From positions 1,083 to 65,082 of the forward strand of contig JAFGEV010000343.1 of NCBI GenBank assembly GCA_016931385.1: 64,000 nucleotides of DNA, written 5' to 3'. The stretch is from Prolixibacteraceae bacterium. Lineage in GTDB: Bacteria > Bacteroidota > Bacteroidia > Bacteroidales > Prolixibacteraceae. The translations under genes and the position numbers were made by a program. Each line of letters starts with the position of its first letter. Position 1 is the first letter of the stretch. Shown one piece after another: positions 47,693-56,633 of the stretch. Under the pieces are notes generated by a model. It did no database searches, had not been told where the DNA came from, and saw nothing but the letters and a program-made list of their open reading frames with translations.

Positions 47693-47848
47693 ATTCCAAA
47701 GTCTGATAAATTATATGTTTGCTGGTAAATTTTAATTTGTCAATAATTGGCCAGCAATTAGTTAAACTACTAAAATCGTTCCATATACAATAAAAATCCT
47801 TACGCCTCTAACATTCAATCCGATATACATATACGAATTTACGCAGAT

Positions 47849-47887
47849 TGTCTAATAATTTCACACAAGGTGTCAATTTTTTTGACA
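47849..47887. promoter_or_regulatory. candidate enhancer (UAS) 1: two 17-bp inverted-repeat sites 22 nt apart
   Basis: TGTCTA-ATAAT-TTCACA (47849..47865), then a perfect TGTCAA-TTTTT-TTGACA (47871..47887). Confidence 0.6.
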
Positions 47888-47939
47888 ATTTATCTATGTG
47901 ACTTATATTAAAATACTGATATTCAAATTATACAATTTT

Positions 47940-47955
47940 TGGCATAGGGTTGGCA
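47940..47955 (+). promoter_or_regulatory. candidate sigma-54 (-24/-12) promoter P1 for the TolC/HlyD/ABC operon
   Basis: TGGCATAGGGTTGGCA has GG and GC separated by 10 nt, as in TGGCAC-N5-TTGC. It lies 30 nt upstream of ATG 47985 and divergent from the sigma-54 activator gene. Confidence 0.6.
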
Positions 47956-47984
47956 ACAAACCGGAAAAATGTTTTCAGAATATC

Positions 47985-49319
47985 ATGAAACAAATTATCT
48001 CAATATCAATTTTAATATTTCTGTCAGTTTTAACCTTGGCTCAGGAAAAACCTGTACTTTTCACTTTAAACGACTGCGTTTCCAGAGCGATGGCTGAAAA
48101 TATCGACTTAAAAATCCAGAAAAACCGCGAAAAGAAGGCCATGCTCGACCGGCAAAAAAGTCAATGGCAATTAGCACCTTCAATCAATGGAGGGGCTGGT
48201 TCATCGCTTAACCTGCGACGTTCAACCAACCAGAATAACGAGATTTCTTCAGGAACAAATTATACAATTAATTATGGATTAAGCAGCAGCTTGGTAATAT
48301 TTGGGGGCTTTACAAAAATTAACACAATAGCCGCATACAAATACAACGAACTGGCATACAAAGAAAGTACGCAATATTTAGCCAACCAACTTTATCTGCA
48401 GATTATTGAGAGCTATACTATGGCCTTGTATCAGAAAGCAATGGTTGAAGTACTTGATGAGAAACTGGAAATCAGCAAAAAAGAACGGGACCGTATTGAA
48501 GCATATATCAGCGAAGGCCTGATTGAACCCGTTGCACTGTATGAAATTGAAGCCACAGTTTCGGGCAATGAACTGGAGCGAAACCGAATGGAAAACAATT
48601 TCAAACTTGCACTTATTCAACTTTCGCAACTTATTGAATGGGCAAATTACAAAACATTTAATATTGCACCCGGAGAATTTGAAGCCACAAATCCTGAAGT
48701 TATGCCATACAATTACACATCGGTTTACAGTATTGCCTGTGCCAACCTCCCTCAGATAAAGCAGAAAGAATATACTATTGCATACCTGAAAAAAGCATTA
48801 AATGTTTCGAAAGGCAATATGTTGCCTTCACTTTCAGTAAACGGTGGATACAGTTCAGGATTTTACTCTACCGATACATTGGCAAACGGAGTACCCACTG
48901 CAATTAACGATCAGTTTAGTAAATACCTGAACCCCAGCCTGGGATTATCGTTAAACATTCCAATTTTTAATGGTTTCGGCAGGAACATTGAAGTGAAAAA
49001 ATCAAAAGTTGACCTTGAAAACGGGCTCTATGAACTGGAAAATGAAAAGAAGCTTATAGGCAAAGAAATTGTGGAGGCCATACAACGGCTTGAAGCCTGC
49101 CTGTTGGAATACGAATCGGCAATGAACAATCTGAAATTCGTTGAAAAATCCTTCGAAACCTATCGCGAAAAATATCGGCTTGGTTTATTAAACTCAACCG
49201 ATTTTATCACGGCACAAAACCAACTGGCCAAAGCCAGAACCGATGTAATTGCCGCAAAATACAGTTGGGTCGTTCAAAATAAAATCATTGAACTGTACAT
49301 GGGAAAAACAGACTTTTAA
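47985..49319 (+). CDS. TolC-family outer membrane efflux protein
   Basis: Probable start MKQIISISILIFLSVLTLAQ. The ORF track start 47898 would translate through the predicted promoter. Two-repeat TolC architecture (LTLNDCVSRAMAENIDLK...). Confidence 0.88.
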   Translation: MKQIISISILIFLSVLTLAQEKPVLFTLNDCVSRAMAENIDLKIQKNREKKAMLDRQKSQWQLAPSINGGAGSSLNLRRSTNQNNEISSGTNYTINYGLSSSLVIFGGFTKINTIAAYKYNELAYKESTQYLANQLYLQIIESYTMALYQKAMVEVLDEKLEISKKERDRIEAYISEGLIEPVALYEIEATVSGNELERNRMENNFKLALIQLSQLIEWANYKTFNIAPGEFEATNPEVMPYNYTSVYSIACANLPQIKQKEYTIAYLKKALNVSKGNMLPSLSVNGGYSSGFYSTDTLANGVPTAINDQFSKYLNPSLGLSLNIPIFNGFGRNIEVKKSKVDLENGLYELENEKKLIGKEIVEAIQRLEACLLEYESAMNNLKFVEKSFETYREKYRLGLLNSTDFITAQNQLAKARTDVIAAKYSWVVQNKIIELYMGKTDF

Positions 49320-49336
49320 CTCTGATACTGGCTTTG

Positions 49337-49497
49337 CCCGCCAAAGCTATAGCGAAGGAGGGATACTGGATGCTGGATGCTGGATAGTATGATGGAAATT
49401 TTTAAATAATAAACACAAAAGATTCTGAATTTGGAATTTGTTTTACCCTCCGAAGCTTAAGCGAAGGAGGGGAATTTAAAATTTGGAATTTAAAATT
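49337..49497 (+). repeat. composite repeat block in the TolC-HlyD spacer
   Basis: Hairpin A CCCGCC-AAA-GCTATAGC-GAA-GGAGGG (49337..49362). GGATRCT heptamers x4 (49361..49388). GAATTTG x2 (49427..49440). Hairpin B CCCTCC-GAA-GCTTAAGC-GAA-GGAGGG (49446..49471). GGAATTTAAAATTT x2 (49470..49497). Confidence 0.9.
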
Positions 49498-49506
49498 TGA
49501 CTAGAT

Positions 49507-50763
49507 ATGGGAATGGATCGCAAAATAGAAAAGAAAAAAGGCCTCAGGCCAAAACATTATGTCTTTATAGCCGGAGGTTTAATAATGGGCTTCCTGATAT
49601 TTAAACTCGTATCAACAGCTGGCACATCAACCTACCGTGCCGATCGTGATAAAATCACAATTTCGGATGTTGAGCAGGGAAATTTTAAAGACTACATCTC
49701 AATTATCGGGACAGTAGAACCAAATACCACAATCTACCTCGATGTGGAAGAAGGGGGAAAGGTAGTTGAGAAAGTCATTGATGAAGGAGAAATTGTACAT
49801 AAAGGCGAAGTAATTGTCCGTTTGAGAAACAACGACCTGAACCTTCAAATTTTAAACACTGAATCTCAGTTGGCATATCAGAGTAATGAACTGCGCAATA
49901 CCCTGATCAATATGGAACAACAAAAAATCAGCAACAAACAACAATTGTTGAATATCGACTACGAAATCATTCGGCTTAAGCGCAACTATGAGCAAAACCA
50001 ATCGTTATATGATAAAGGTTTTATCTCGAAAGAAGAATACCTGGTTTCAAAAGACAATTACGAACTAGCTTTGAGAGACCGTGATTTACGATACGAACGT
50101 ATGGTTCAGGATTCTATTTTCCGTGAGAACCAAAAAATACAAATGAATTCCAGTTTGGAGAATATGCAACAAAACCTGGCCATGGTTCGCCAGCGTCTCG
50201 AAAATCTGAATATAAAAGCTCCTGCCGACGGACAGCTTGGAACACTCGATATCGAAATCGGTCAGTCGATTAACCGGGGAGAGCGCATAGGCCAGCTGCA
50301 CATCCTTGATAACTTCAAGGTTGTAGCCGAGGTGGATGAACACTACATCGACCGTGTTCGCCGAGGATTGGAGGCTACTTTTGAACGACAGGACAATACA
50401 TTTGAACTGGCAACCCAAAAAGTATACCCCGAAGTTCGCGATGGGCGTTTTGAGGTTGACCTGAAATTTGTTGGCGAACAACCCGACAACCTGCGCACAG
50501 GCCAAACCTATCATATTAAACTTGAATTGGGACAACCGGTTGAGGCCATTTTACTGCCCCGCGGAGGTTTCTTCCAAAGCACCGGTGGCCAATGGGTATA
50601 TCTGATTGATATGACGGGAAATGCCGCAACAAAACGGGAAATAAAAATCGGACGGCAAAACCCGCTCTACTATGAAGTGCTTGAAGGGCTTGAACCAGGA
50701 AATAAAGTTATAACCAGCAGTTACGAGCTCTTTGGCGATAACGATAGGATTGAGTTTAAATAG
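49507..50763 (+). CDS. HlyD/MacA-type periplasmic adaptor (membrane fusion protein)
   Basis: N-terminal TM, long coiled-coil (LQILNTESQLAYQSNELRN...), and beta-barrel motifs (IKAPADGQLGTLDIEIGQSINRGERI). Confidence 0.88.
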   Translation: MGMDRKIEKKKGLRPKHYVFIAGGLIMGFLIFKLVSTAGTSTYRADRDKITISDVEQGNFKDYISIIGTVEPNTTIYLDVEEGGKVVEKVIDEGEIVHKGEVIVRLRNNDLNLQILNTESQLAYQSNELRNTLINMEQQKISNKQQLLNIDYEIIRLKRNYEQNQSLYDKGFISKEEYLVSKDNYELALRDRDLRYERMVQDSIFRENQKIQMNSSLENMQQNLAMVRQRLENLNIKAPADGQLGTLDIEIGQSINRGERIGQLHILDNFKVVAEVDEHYIDRVRRGLEATFERQDNTFELATQKVYPEVRDGRFEVDLKFVGEQPDNLRTGQTYHIKLELGQPVEAILLPRGGFFQSTGGQWVYLIDMTGNAATKREIKIGRQNPLYYEVLEGLEPGNKVITSSYELFGDNDRIEFK

Positions 50764-50840
50764 CGAAGGGCGAAGGGCGAAGGGCTGAGGGCTGAGAGCT
50801 AAGGGCTGAGAGCTAAGGGCTGAGGGCAAAGAGCAAATAA
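50764..50840 (+). repeat. 11 tandem heptamers starting right after the HlyD stop (CGAAGGG x3, CTGAGGG, CTGAGAG, CTAAGGG ...)
   Basis: Read directly. Seven GGG tracts, the first four separated by 4 nt. Confidence 0.95.
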
Positions 50841-50890
50841 ATCAAATATGGTGAAATTTGGAAAAATTAGAACCCTAAAATATTAATATT

Positions 50891-51256
50891 ATGGATTTTA
50901 GATTTATGAACTTAGAAATATGGAAAGACGCTATTAAAATAAATGATGAATTCTTTGAACTTGCAGAAGAAATTGAAAAATCAAAAAGTTTTAGGTTTGC
51001 CGAGCAGATAAGGGGTGCATCTCTAAGTATTTCAAATAATATTGCAGAAGGTTCTGGTTCATTTTCTGAAAAAGACTTTGCCAACTTTTTAAACATCGCC
51101 AGACGTTCTACATTTGAAACAGCAAACTTATCATGTGTTGCATTCAACCGTAAATACATTACAAGAGAAGAGCTTAACAATAAACTTAATAAACTTGATT
51201 CTTTAAACAGAAGAATAACAAATTTCAGAAAGAAACTAATAAATAATAATGAGTAG
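50891..51256 (+). CDS. four-helix-bundle protein (23S rRNA intervening-sequence protein family)
   Basis: NLEIWKDAIKINDEFFEL...FRFAEQIRGASLSISNNIAEGSG..S.KDFANFLNIARRSTFETAN is the family signature. Confidence 0.85.
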   Translation: MDFRFMNLEIWKDAIKINDEFFELAEEIEKSKSFRFAEQIRGASLSISNNIAEGSGSFSEKDFANFLNIARRSTFETANLSCVAFNRKYITREELNNKLNKLDSLNRRITNFRKKLINNNE

Positions 51257-51266
51257 GCACAGTTAA

Positions 51267-51286
51267 CGCAGATTAATAACTCTGCG
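51267..51286 (+). terminator. hairpin immediately after the four-helix-bundle gene
   Basis: CGCAGA-TTAATAAC-TCTGCG, with no T-run. Confidence 0.3.
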
Positions 51287-51308
51287 CCCTTTGCCCTACG
51301 CTCTAAGC
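51287..51308. repeat. inverted partial copy of the 50764..50840 heptamer motif
   Basis: CCCTTTGCCCTACGCTCTAAGC reverse-complements to GCTTAGAGCGTAGGGCAAAGGG. Compare GCTGAGAGCTAAGGGC...GAGGGCAAAGAG upstream of the four-helix-bundle gene. Confidence 0.6.
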
Positions 51309-51321
51309 AAAAATATTTAAT

Positions 51322-52020
51322 ATGATACGAACAGTAAAACTTAGCAAAGTATTCCGCACCGAGGATATAGAAACCCTGGCGCTGAACGAAGTGAATTTCG
51401 AAGTAAAAAAGGGTGAATTTACGGCCATTATGGGACCTTCGGGCTGTGGAAAATCAACCCTACTCAACATTATCGGGCTGTTAGACAATCCTACAGAGGG
51501 CAACTACTTTTTCGATGGGATTGATGTGGCAAAATATCGTGAAAGCCAACGAACCAGTTTGCGCAAAGGCAACATTGGGTTTGTATTTCAAAGTTTTAAC
51601 CTGATTGACGAGCTTAACGTTTTTGAGAACGTTGAATTACCGCTGCTTTACCTCAAAATTGGCTCACGCCAACGAAAAGAAATGGTAAACAAGGTATTGG
51701 AACGCATGAACATTGCACACCGGGCAAAGCATTTTCCACAGCAGTTATCAGGTGGACAACAGCAGCGAGTGGCCATAGCCCGTGCCGTAGTAGCCAATCC
51801 CAAACTGATCCTGGCTGATGAACCCACGGGTAACCTCGACTCAAAGAACGGGCTCGAAGTAATGAACCTGCTTACAGAGCTTAATCGAGAAGGGACTACA
51901 ATTGTTATGGTAACCCACTCACTTCACGATGCAGGGTTTGCCCATCGGGTCATTAACCTGTTCGACGGGCAGGTCATAACTGAAGAGCAAAAACGTGAAA
52001 TGGGCGATGTTTTGTTATAG
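51322..52020 (+). CDS. ABC transporter ATP-binding protein (MacB/LolD type), copy 1
   Basis: Walker [10 protein letters not shown], signature [14 protein letters not shown], Walker [13 protein letters not shown]. Confidence 0.95.
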   Translation: MIRTVKLSKVFRTEDIETLALNEVNFEVKKGEFTAIMGPSGCGKSTLLNIIGLLDNPTEGNYFFDGIDVAKYRESQRTSLRKGNIGFVFQSFNLIDELNVFENVELPLLYLKIGSRQRKEMVNKVLERMNIAHRAKHFPQQLSGGQQQRVAIARAVVANPKLILADEPTGNLDSKNGLEVMNLLTELNREGTTIVMVTHSLHDAGFAHRVINLFDGQVITEEQKREMGDVLL

Positions 52021-52064
52021 ACAATTTAGTTACAAATGTTCAAATTTTAACAAATCAATTGTAC

Positions 52065-54455
52065 ATGAACCTTATTACCGTCCGTTCAACTTTCAACCAC
52101 CTCAAAAAAAACAAGTTCCACTCGATACTTAACATTTCAGGACTCGCTGTTGGCCTGCTATTTTTCGTAAACATTGTGCTGTACATTGGTTACGAAAAAG
52201 GCTATGATGTATTTTTCTCTGATCATAACAGAATTTACAGGGTTAATTACGACATTACACAATCGGGTGAAAGGGTGTTGCATTCGGCTAAAAGTCCAAG
52301 AGGTTTATTCAGGGTCATTCAGGATGAAGTACCAGAAATTGAATATACCGGCATAGCTTATATTGAAAATGTGCTTGTAAGATATGAAGACCGCTACTAC
52401 AGCGATCAGCCCGATTTATGGGTCGAAGGTGATTTTGCCGAAGTTTTTGGTTTGGAATTGGTTCGGGGTAAAGCAAATCTGAATGAGCCCTACACATGCA
52501 TCATTTCAACTTCGAAAGCCCGGGAAATATTTGGCGAAGATGATCCTCTGGGAAAATATTTCCTTGTAAATGAAGGCATGCGAGTGGAAGTAACCGGAAT
52601 TTTCAATGACCTTCCTTCCAACTCACATATTCATTTCGATTATTTTATGTCGGCACGAACATGGGTTGTAATGGATGTTATCCCTGACCGTGAAGATCTT
52701 TCAGGGGGTGGTTGGTGGACCTATATTAAAATTGCTGATGGCTTCTCTGAAAGCCACGTTCAAAAATCCCTTGACATTATTGCTGAAAAATATCTGACAA
52801 ATCTACCCTTGCAAAACCGCACGGGGAAGTTCAGTCTTCAACCGCTTTCAACCCTTCATTACACTACAAACCGGGAAGGTGAACTGGGTACCAGCACTCG
52901 CGAAAAAACTATAAATGCCTTAATGCTTATTGCCGCCCTGATTCTGGCAGTTGTATGGATGAACTACGTTAACCTTTCAACAGCATTGTCACGCAAACGA
53001 TTAAATGTTTTTGCCACCTTTCGTAAACTAGGTGCAGGAAAAGGCACACTGATCAATCTGGCTTTGATCGAAAGCACACTGATCAACCTGGCTGCACTCT
53101 TGCTGGGAGCGCTTCTCTTTTTTCTTACACGCGGTACTTTTAACAGGATGATGGATGTGCCCCTGAAAAGCGGCGAAATAAACTACGTTGCAATTTTATT
53201 GCTGGTTACCGGATCGATAGCAGTTGGGATACTTATTACAGCCTTTATAAGTTCTATTCCAATGATTAAGGTTAACCCGGCATTTCTCCAGCAGCGAAAG
53301 TCATTGAAAAACAGCGGTTCGCAATGGCTCGTGGCAATCCAGTTTTTCACATCGGTTTTTTTAGTGATCTGCTCTATTGTTGTGTCGAAGCAAATCCATT
53401 ATATGCAGAAAGCTGAACTTGGCGTTGACCTTGAACAGGTACTGATAATAAACGGGGCAGCATCGACCCACAGCGATCCGTTGCGAAGGGAACATTTTAA
53501 TATGTTCAGGGAAGAAGCGGTTCAACTTGCAGGCGTATTAAGCGGAACTGCCAGTATGAACGTACCCGGCCAACCAGTCAGGTTCCGAAACAGTAACCTT
53601 TCACGGCCCGAGGAACAAAGCACCTTGCAGCGCCAGGTTTCAGTAGGGCTAATCGATGATGGTTATACCGGCACTTATGGCTTAAAGTTACTTGCAGGCC
53701 GCAATTTTGAACAACCATTCCGAAACGACTCGACCAATGTAATTATCAGCGAGAACACTGCCAGGCTGCTTGAATTTAACTCACCTGCTGAAGCCGTTAA
53801 CCGCCAACTCCGTATGAATAACCGGATATACAACATTAAGGGCGTTGTAAACGATTTTCATCATGAAGGCTTGAAAAAACCTGCCGATCCGATAATTTTC
53901 ACCCATACACACCCGTTTGAATTTGGATATTATTCATTTAAAATGAAAGGGGATATTAACCATATACTGGCACAATTTGAACCAATATGGAGAAAACATT
54001 ATCCAAACGACCCTATGAACTATTTTTTCAGCGACGAATATTTTAACCGGCAATACAACGATGAACTTCGGTTAAGTAAAATTCTGGCCTCATTTACATT
54101 GTTTGCCATTTTGGTAGCAGCCCTGGGATTATTCGGATTGGTAAGTTTTTTTGCTCAGCAACGCACTAAAGAAATTGGAATACGAAAAGTAAACGGCGCA
54201 ACCGAAACCGACATCATTAAACTTGTATTCAGTTACTTTATCCAATATGAAATTGCTGCTTTCATTATTGCCTGTCCTCTTGCATGGGGACTGATGAACA
54301 GTTGGCTGAAAGGCTTTGCCTATCAAACAGAAATCAGTTGGTGGATATTCCTCCTAACCGGAATTATTGCTATGGTCATTTCCATTTCCTCGGCAATAAC
54401 TCAAAGTTATAAAGCAGCCATGAAAAACCCGGTAGAAGCATTACGTTATGAGTGA
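52065..54455 (+). CDS. FtsX-family ABC permease with duplicated MacB-type module, paralog 1
   Basis: About 797 aa. N-terminal TM plus periplasmic domain, two FtsX 4-helix units, conserved RTKEIGIRKVNGA and the terminal NPVEALRYE shared by all paralogs. Confidence 0.9.
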   Translation: MNLITVRSTFNHLKKNKFHSILNISGLAVGLLFFVNIVLYIGYEKGYDVFFSDHNRIYRVNYDITQSGERVLHSAKSPRGLFRVIQDEVPEIEYTGIAYIENVLVRYEDRYYSDQPDLWVEGDFAEVFGLELVRGKANLNEPYTCIISTSKAREIFGEDDPLGKYFLVNEGMRVEVTGIFNDLPSNSHIHFDYFMSARTWVVMDVIPDREDLSGGGWWTYIKIADGFSESHVQKSLDIIAEKYLTNLPLQNRTGKFSLQPLSTLHYTTNREGELGTSTREKTINALMLIAALILAVVWMNYVNLSTALSRKRLNVFATFRKLGAGKGTLINLALIESTLINLAALLLGALLFFLTRGTFNRMMDVPLKSGEINYVAILLLVTGSIAVGILITAFISSIPMIKVNPAFLQQRKSLKNSGSQWLVAIQFFTSVFLVICSIVVSKQIHYMQKAELGVDLEQVLIINGAASTHSDPLRREHFNMFREEAVQLAGVLSGTASMNVPGQPVRFRNSNLSRPEEQSTLQRQVSVGLIDDGYTGTYGLKLLAGRNFEQPFRNDSTNVIISENTARLLEFNSPAEAVNRQLRMNNRIYNIKGVVNDFHHEGLKKPADPIIFTHTHPFEFGYYSFKMKGDINHILAQFEPIWRKHYPNDPMNYFFSDEYFNRQYNDELRLSKILASFTLFAILVAALGLFGLVSFFAQQRTKEIGIRKVNGATETDIIKLVFSYFIQYEIAAFIIACPLAWGLMNSWLKGFAYQTEISWWIFLLTGIIAMVISISSAITQSYKAAMKNPVEALRYE

Positions 54456-54473
54456 AAAGATTCCTTTTGCAGT

Positions 54474-54512
54474 TGTCAATATTTCTTACACCATGTGTCA
54501 AATATTTTGACA
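54474..54512. promoter_or_regulatory. candidate enhancer (UAS) 2: same two-site architecture as UAS 1
   Basis: TGTCAA-TATTT-CTTACA (54474..54490), then a perfect TGTCAA-ATATT-TTGACA (54496..54512). The 22-nt start-to-start spacing is identical to UAS 1. Confidence 0.6.
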
Positions 54513-54564
54513 AAAAGTAAACGAAAGAAAATTTATTCCGCTAATTTTCAAAACATAAACAAAA

Positions 54565-54580
54565 TGGCACATTGCTTGAT
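54565..54580 (+). promoter_or_regulatory. candidate sigma-54 promoter P2
   Basis: TGGCACATTGCTTGAT has a perfect -24 TGGCAC, with -12 TTGA instead of TTGC. It starts exactly 69 nt after the start of the perfect inverted repeat, the same as P1. Confidence 0.5.
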
Positions 54581-54604
54581 TTGTATTCAGAATAAAATCG
54601 CTTA

Positions 54605-55780
54605 CTAAAATGAAGGTAAATACTGATTTAAAAATGTTTTAAGGGAGCAAACCCTGACACGTTCTTTGAAAAGATAATCGTCGGAGGATGGGGTAATAAT
54701 ATAGTTATTTGGAGCTTTCAAATCATCGAAAGCCTGAATGTTACCTTTTGTCAACTGAGGGGAATTGGAATATTTTATTTCAGCAGAAGCAACTACCTGC
54801 ATTCCACGGGTAAATACCAAATCAACTTCAGCCCCCTGATAGGTTCTGTAAAAATTAATATCGATATTATCGGGCAATAATGCAATAACCTGATTTATCA
54901 CAAACGCTTCCCAGGAGTTTCCAATTATTGGATTTCCGGATAAATCATTGAGATCAGAGATGCCCAATAAATGGTGCAAAACTCCGGTATCAGCAAGATA
55001 AATTTTTGGCGCTTTAACCAATCGCTTTGATATGTTCCAATGATACGGGTGAAGACTTCTTAACAGAAAAGCTTCTTCAAGAAAATCGATGTATCGTTTA
55101 ACTGTAGGCGTAGTGACTCCCAGAGAATTACTGATTGTTGTTGCATTCAATAACTGACCGTTCAAATGAGCCATCATATTCCAAAGATTTCGAATAGTCT
55201 TTGATGATGCATTCAAACCCAACTGTATCAAATCCCTGTTCAAGTAAGTATTTATAAAGTTGTCCATCCATCGATGCGACAATTTCGATTTTTTGGTTAA
55301 AAGTGCATCAGGAAATCCACCTTTGATCCATAAATCGTTTTGAGAAATGGATTCAGGAATTTCGTTCAAATCGAAAGGATTTAATTTATGATAAGCAATG
55401 CGTCCTGCCAATGATTCTGAAGAATGACGAATCAATTCAGGTGATGCCGATCCAAGCAATAAAAAACGCGCTGGTTCTCGCTTTTGATCAATTAATCCCC
55501 TGATTTGTGGGTAAAGTTCCTTTTTATTTTGGACTTCATCAATTACAACCAAGTAATCGGCATGTTGAGATAAAAATAATTCAGCATCGTTTAGCTTATA
55601 CAAATCGGACTGCATTTCCAAATCGAGGTATATACAAGTCTTCGGAAATTCACTCATTAACTGTTTAGCTAAAGTTGTTTTCCCAACTTGCCGGGGACCA
55701 ATTATCGAAACAACAGGAAAAAAGTCAAGCGATTCATAAATTTCATTTTTTATCCTTCTGGTTATCATATCACAATACAA
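54605..55780 (-). CDS. AAA+ ATPase with DUF4143 domain
   Basis: FPVVSIIGPRQVGKTTLAKQL (Walker A), VVIDEVQ (Walker B), and a C-terminal DUF4143-like region. Opposite orientation to the surrounding exporter genes. Start may be the Met four codons downstream (55768). Confidence 0.8.
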   Translation of the reverse strand: MYCDMITRRIKNEIYESLDFFPVVSIIGPRQVGKTTLAKQLMSEFPKTCIYLDLEMQSDLYKLNDAELFLSQHADYLVVIDEVQNKKELYPQIRGLIDQKREPARFLLLGSASPELIRHSSESLAGRIAYHKLNPFDLNEIPESISQNDLWIKGGFPDALLTKKSKLSHRWMDNFINTYLNRDLIQLGLNASSKTIRNLWNMMAHLNGQLLNATTISNSLGVTTPTVKRYIDFLEEAFLLRSLHPYHWNISKRLVKAPKIYLADTGVLHHLLGISDLNDLSGNPIIGNSWEAFVINQVIALLPDNIDINFYRTYQGAEVDLVFTRGMQVVASAEIKYSNSPQLTKGNIQAFDDLKAPNNYIITPSSDDYLFKERVRVCSLKTFLNQYLPSF

Positions 55781-55825
55781 GTTTACATTATTTTTGCTTT
55801 TATATTTTCATGGTAAAATTAGTAA

Positions 55826-55872
55826 TTAATCCATGAATATTTAAACTTGTATTTAATTTATTCATGGATTAA
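55826..55872. promoter_or_regulatory. 14-bp perfect inverted repeat with 19-nt spacer
   Basis: TTAATCCATGAATA (55826..55839) pairs with TATTCATGGATTAA (55859..55872). It lies between the AAA ATPase start and ABC ATPase copy 2 (ATG 55904). Confidence 0.55.
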
Positions 55873-55903
55873 ATATAAATTAAAAAATTTCAAATATAAT
55901 ATC

Positions 55904-56581
55904 ATGATACAACTTAACAACATTTACAAGTACTACGACAACAAGTTTCAGCGCACCTTTGTACTGAAAGATATCGACCTGACCATTAATGAAGGTGAAT
56001 TTGTTACAGTAATGGGCCCCAGCGGTGCAGGGAAATCAACCCTGCTAAATATTATTGGCATGTTAGATGAACCCAGCGAAGGCAAATACTTTTTTCTCGA
56101 CCAACCTGCACATGAGCTAAAAGAGAAAAAGAAAGTTGAATTTCACCGCAACTATGTTGGCTTTATTTTTCAGGCTTTTCACCTGATTGATGAAATGACG
56201 GTTTACGAGAACATTGAAACCCCTCTGATTTACAAAGGCGTGAAGCACAAAGACCGACAAGCCATGGTAGCCGACATGCTCGACCGGTTTAACATGGTCG
56301 CAAAAAAAGACCTCTTTCCGAACCAGCTTTCAGGCGGACAACAACAACTCGTGGGCATAGCACGTGCAATAGTCGGGAAGCCAAAATTGCTCCTTGCCGA
56401 TGAACCAACAGGGAACCTCCATACCGACCAGGGCAGGGAAATTATGAAACTGCTTCAGAAATTAAATGAAGAAGGGATAACCATTTTACAGGTCACACAC
56501 AACGAAGAATTTGCAAAATGTGGTAAGAGAATTGTACGACTTGTTGATGGTATGATCTCGACAGATGAACAAATCAGATAA
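55904..56581 (+). CDS. ABC transporter ATP-binding protein (MacB/LolD type), copy 2
   Basis: Probable start [45 protein letters not shown]. Confidence 0.93.
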   Translation: MIQLNNIYKYYDNKFQRTFVLKDIDLTINEGEFVTVMGPSGAGKSTLLNIIGMLDEPSEGKYFFLDQPAHELKEKKKVEFHRNYVGFIFQAFHLIDEMTVYENIETPLIYKGVKHKDRQAMVADMLDRFNMVAKKDLFPNQLSGGQQQLVGIARAIVGKPKLLLADEPTGNLHTDQGREIMKLLQKLNEEGITILQVTHNEEFAKCGKRIVRLVDGMISTDEQIR

Positions 56582-56633
56582 CTAAACCAGTTGAATTGGT
56601 TATGAATTTTCATCAGATAAAAACAGCACTTAG

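Noticed and set aside
47898-47984. 29-codon N-terminal extension of the TolC ORF
   Set aside because: The signal peptide starts at the internal Met (47985), and the extension would be translated across the predicted -24/-12 promoter.
50551-50829. 92-aa minus-strand ORF (MPSALSSQPLALSPQPFALRP...)
   Set aside because: Its N-terminus is the reverse translation of the heptamer repeat, and the rest is antisense to the HlyD-family gene.
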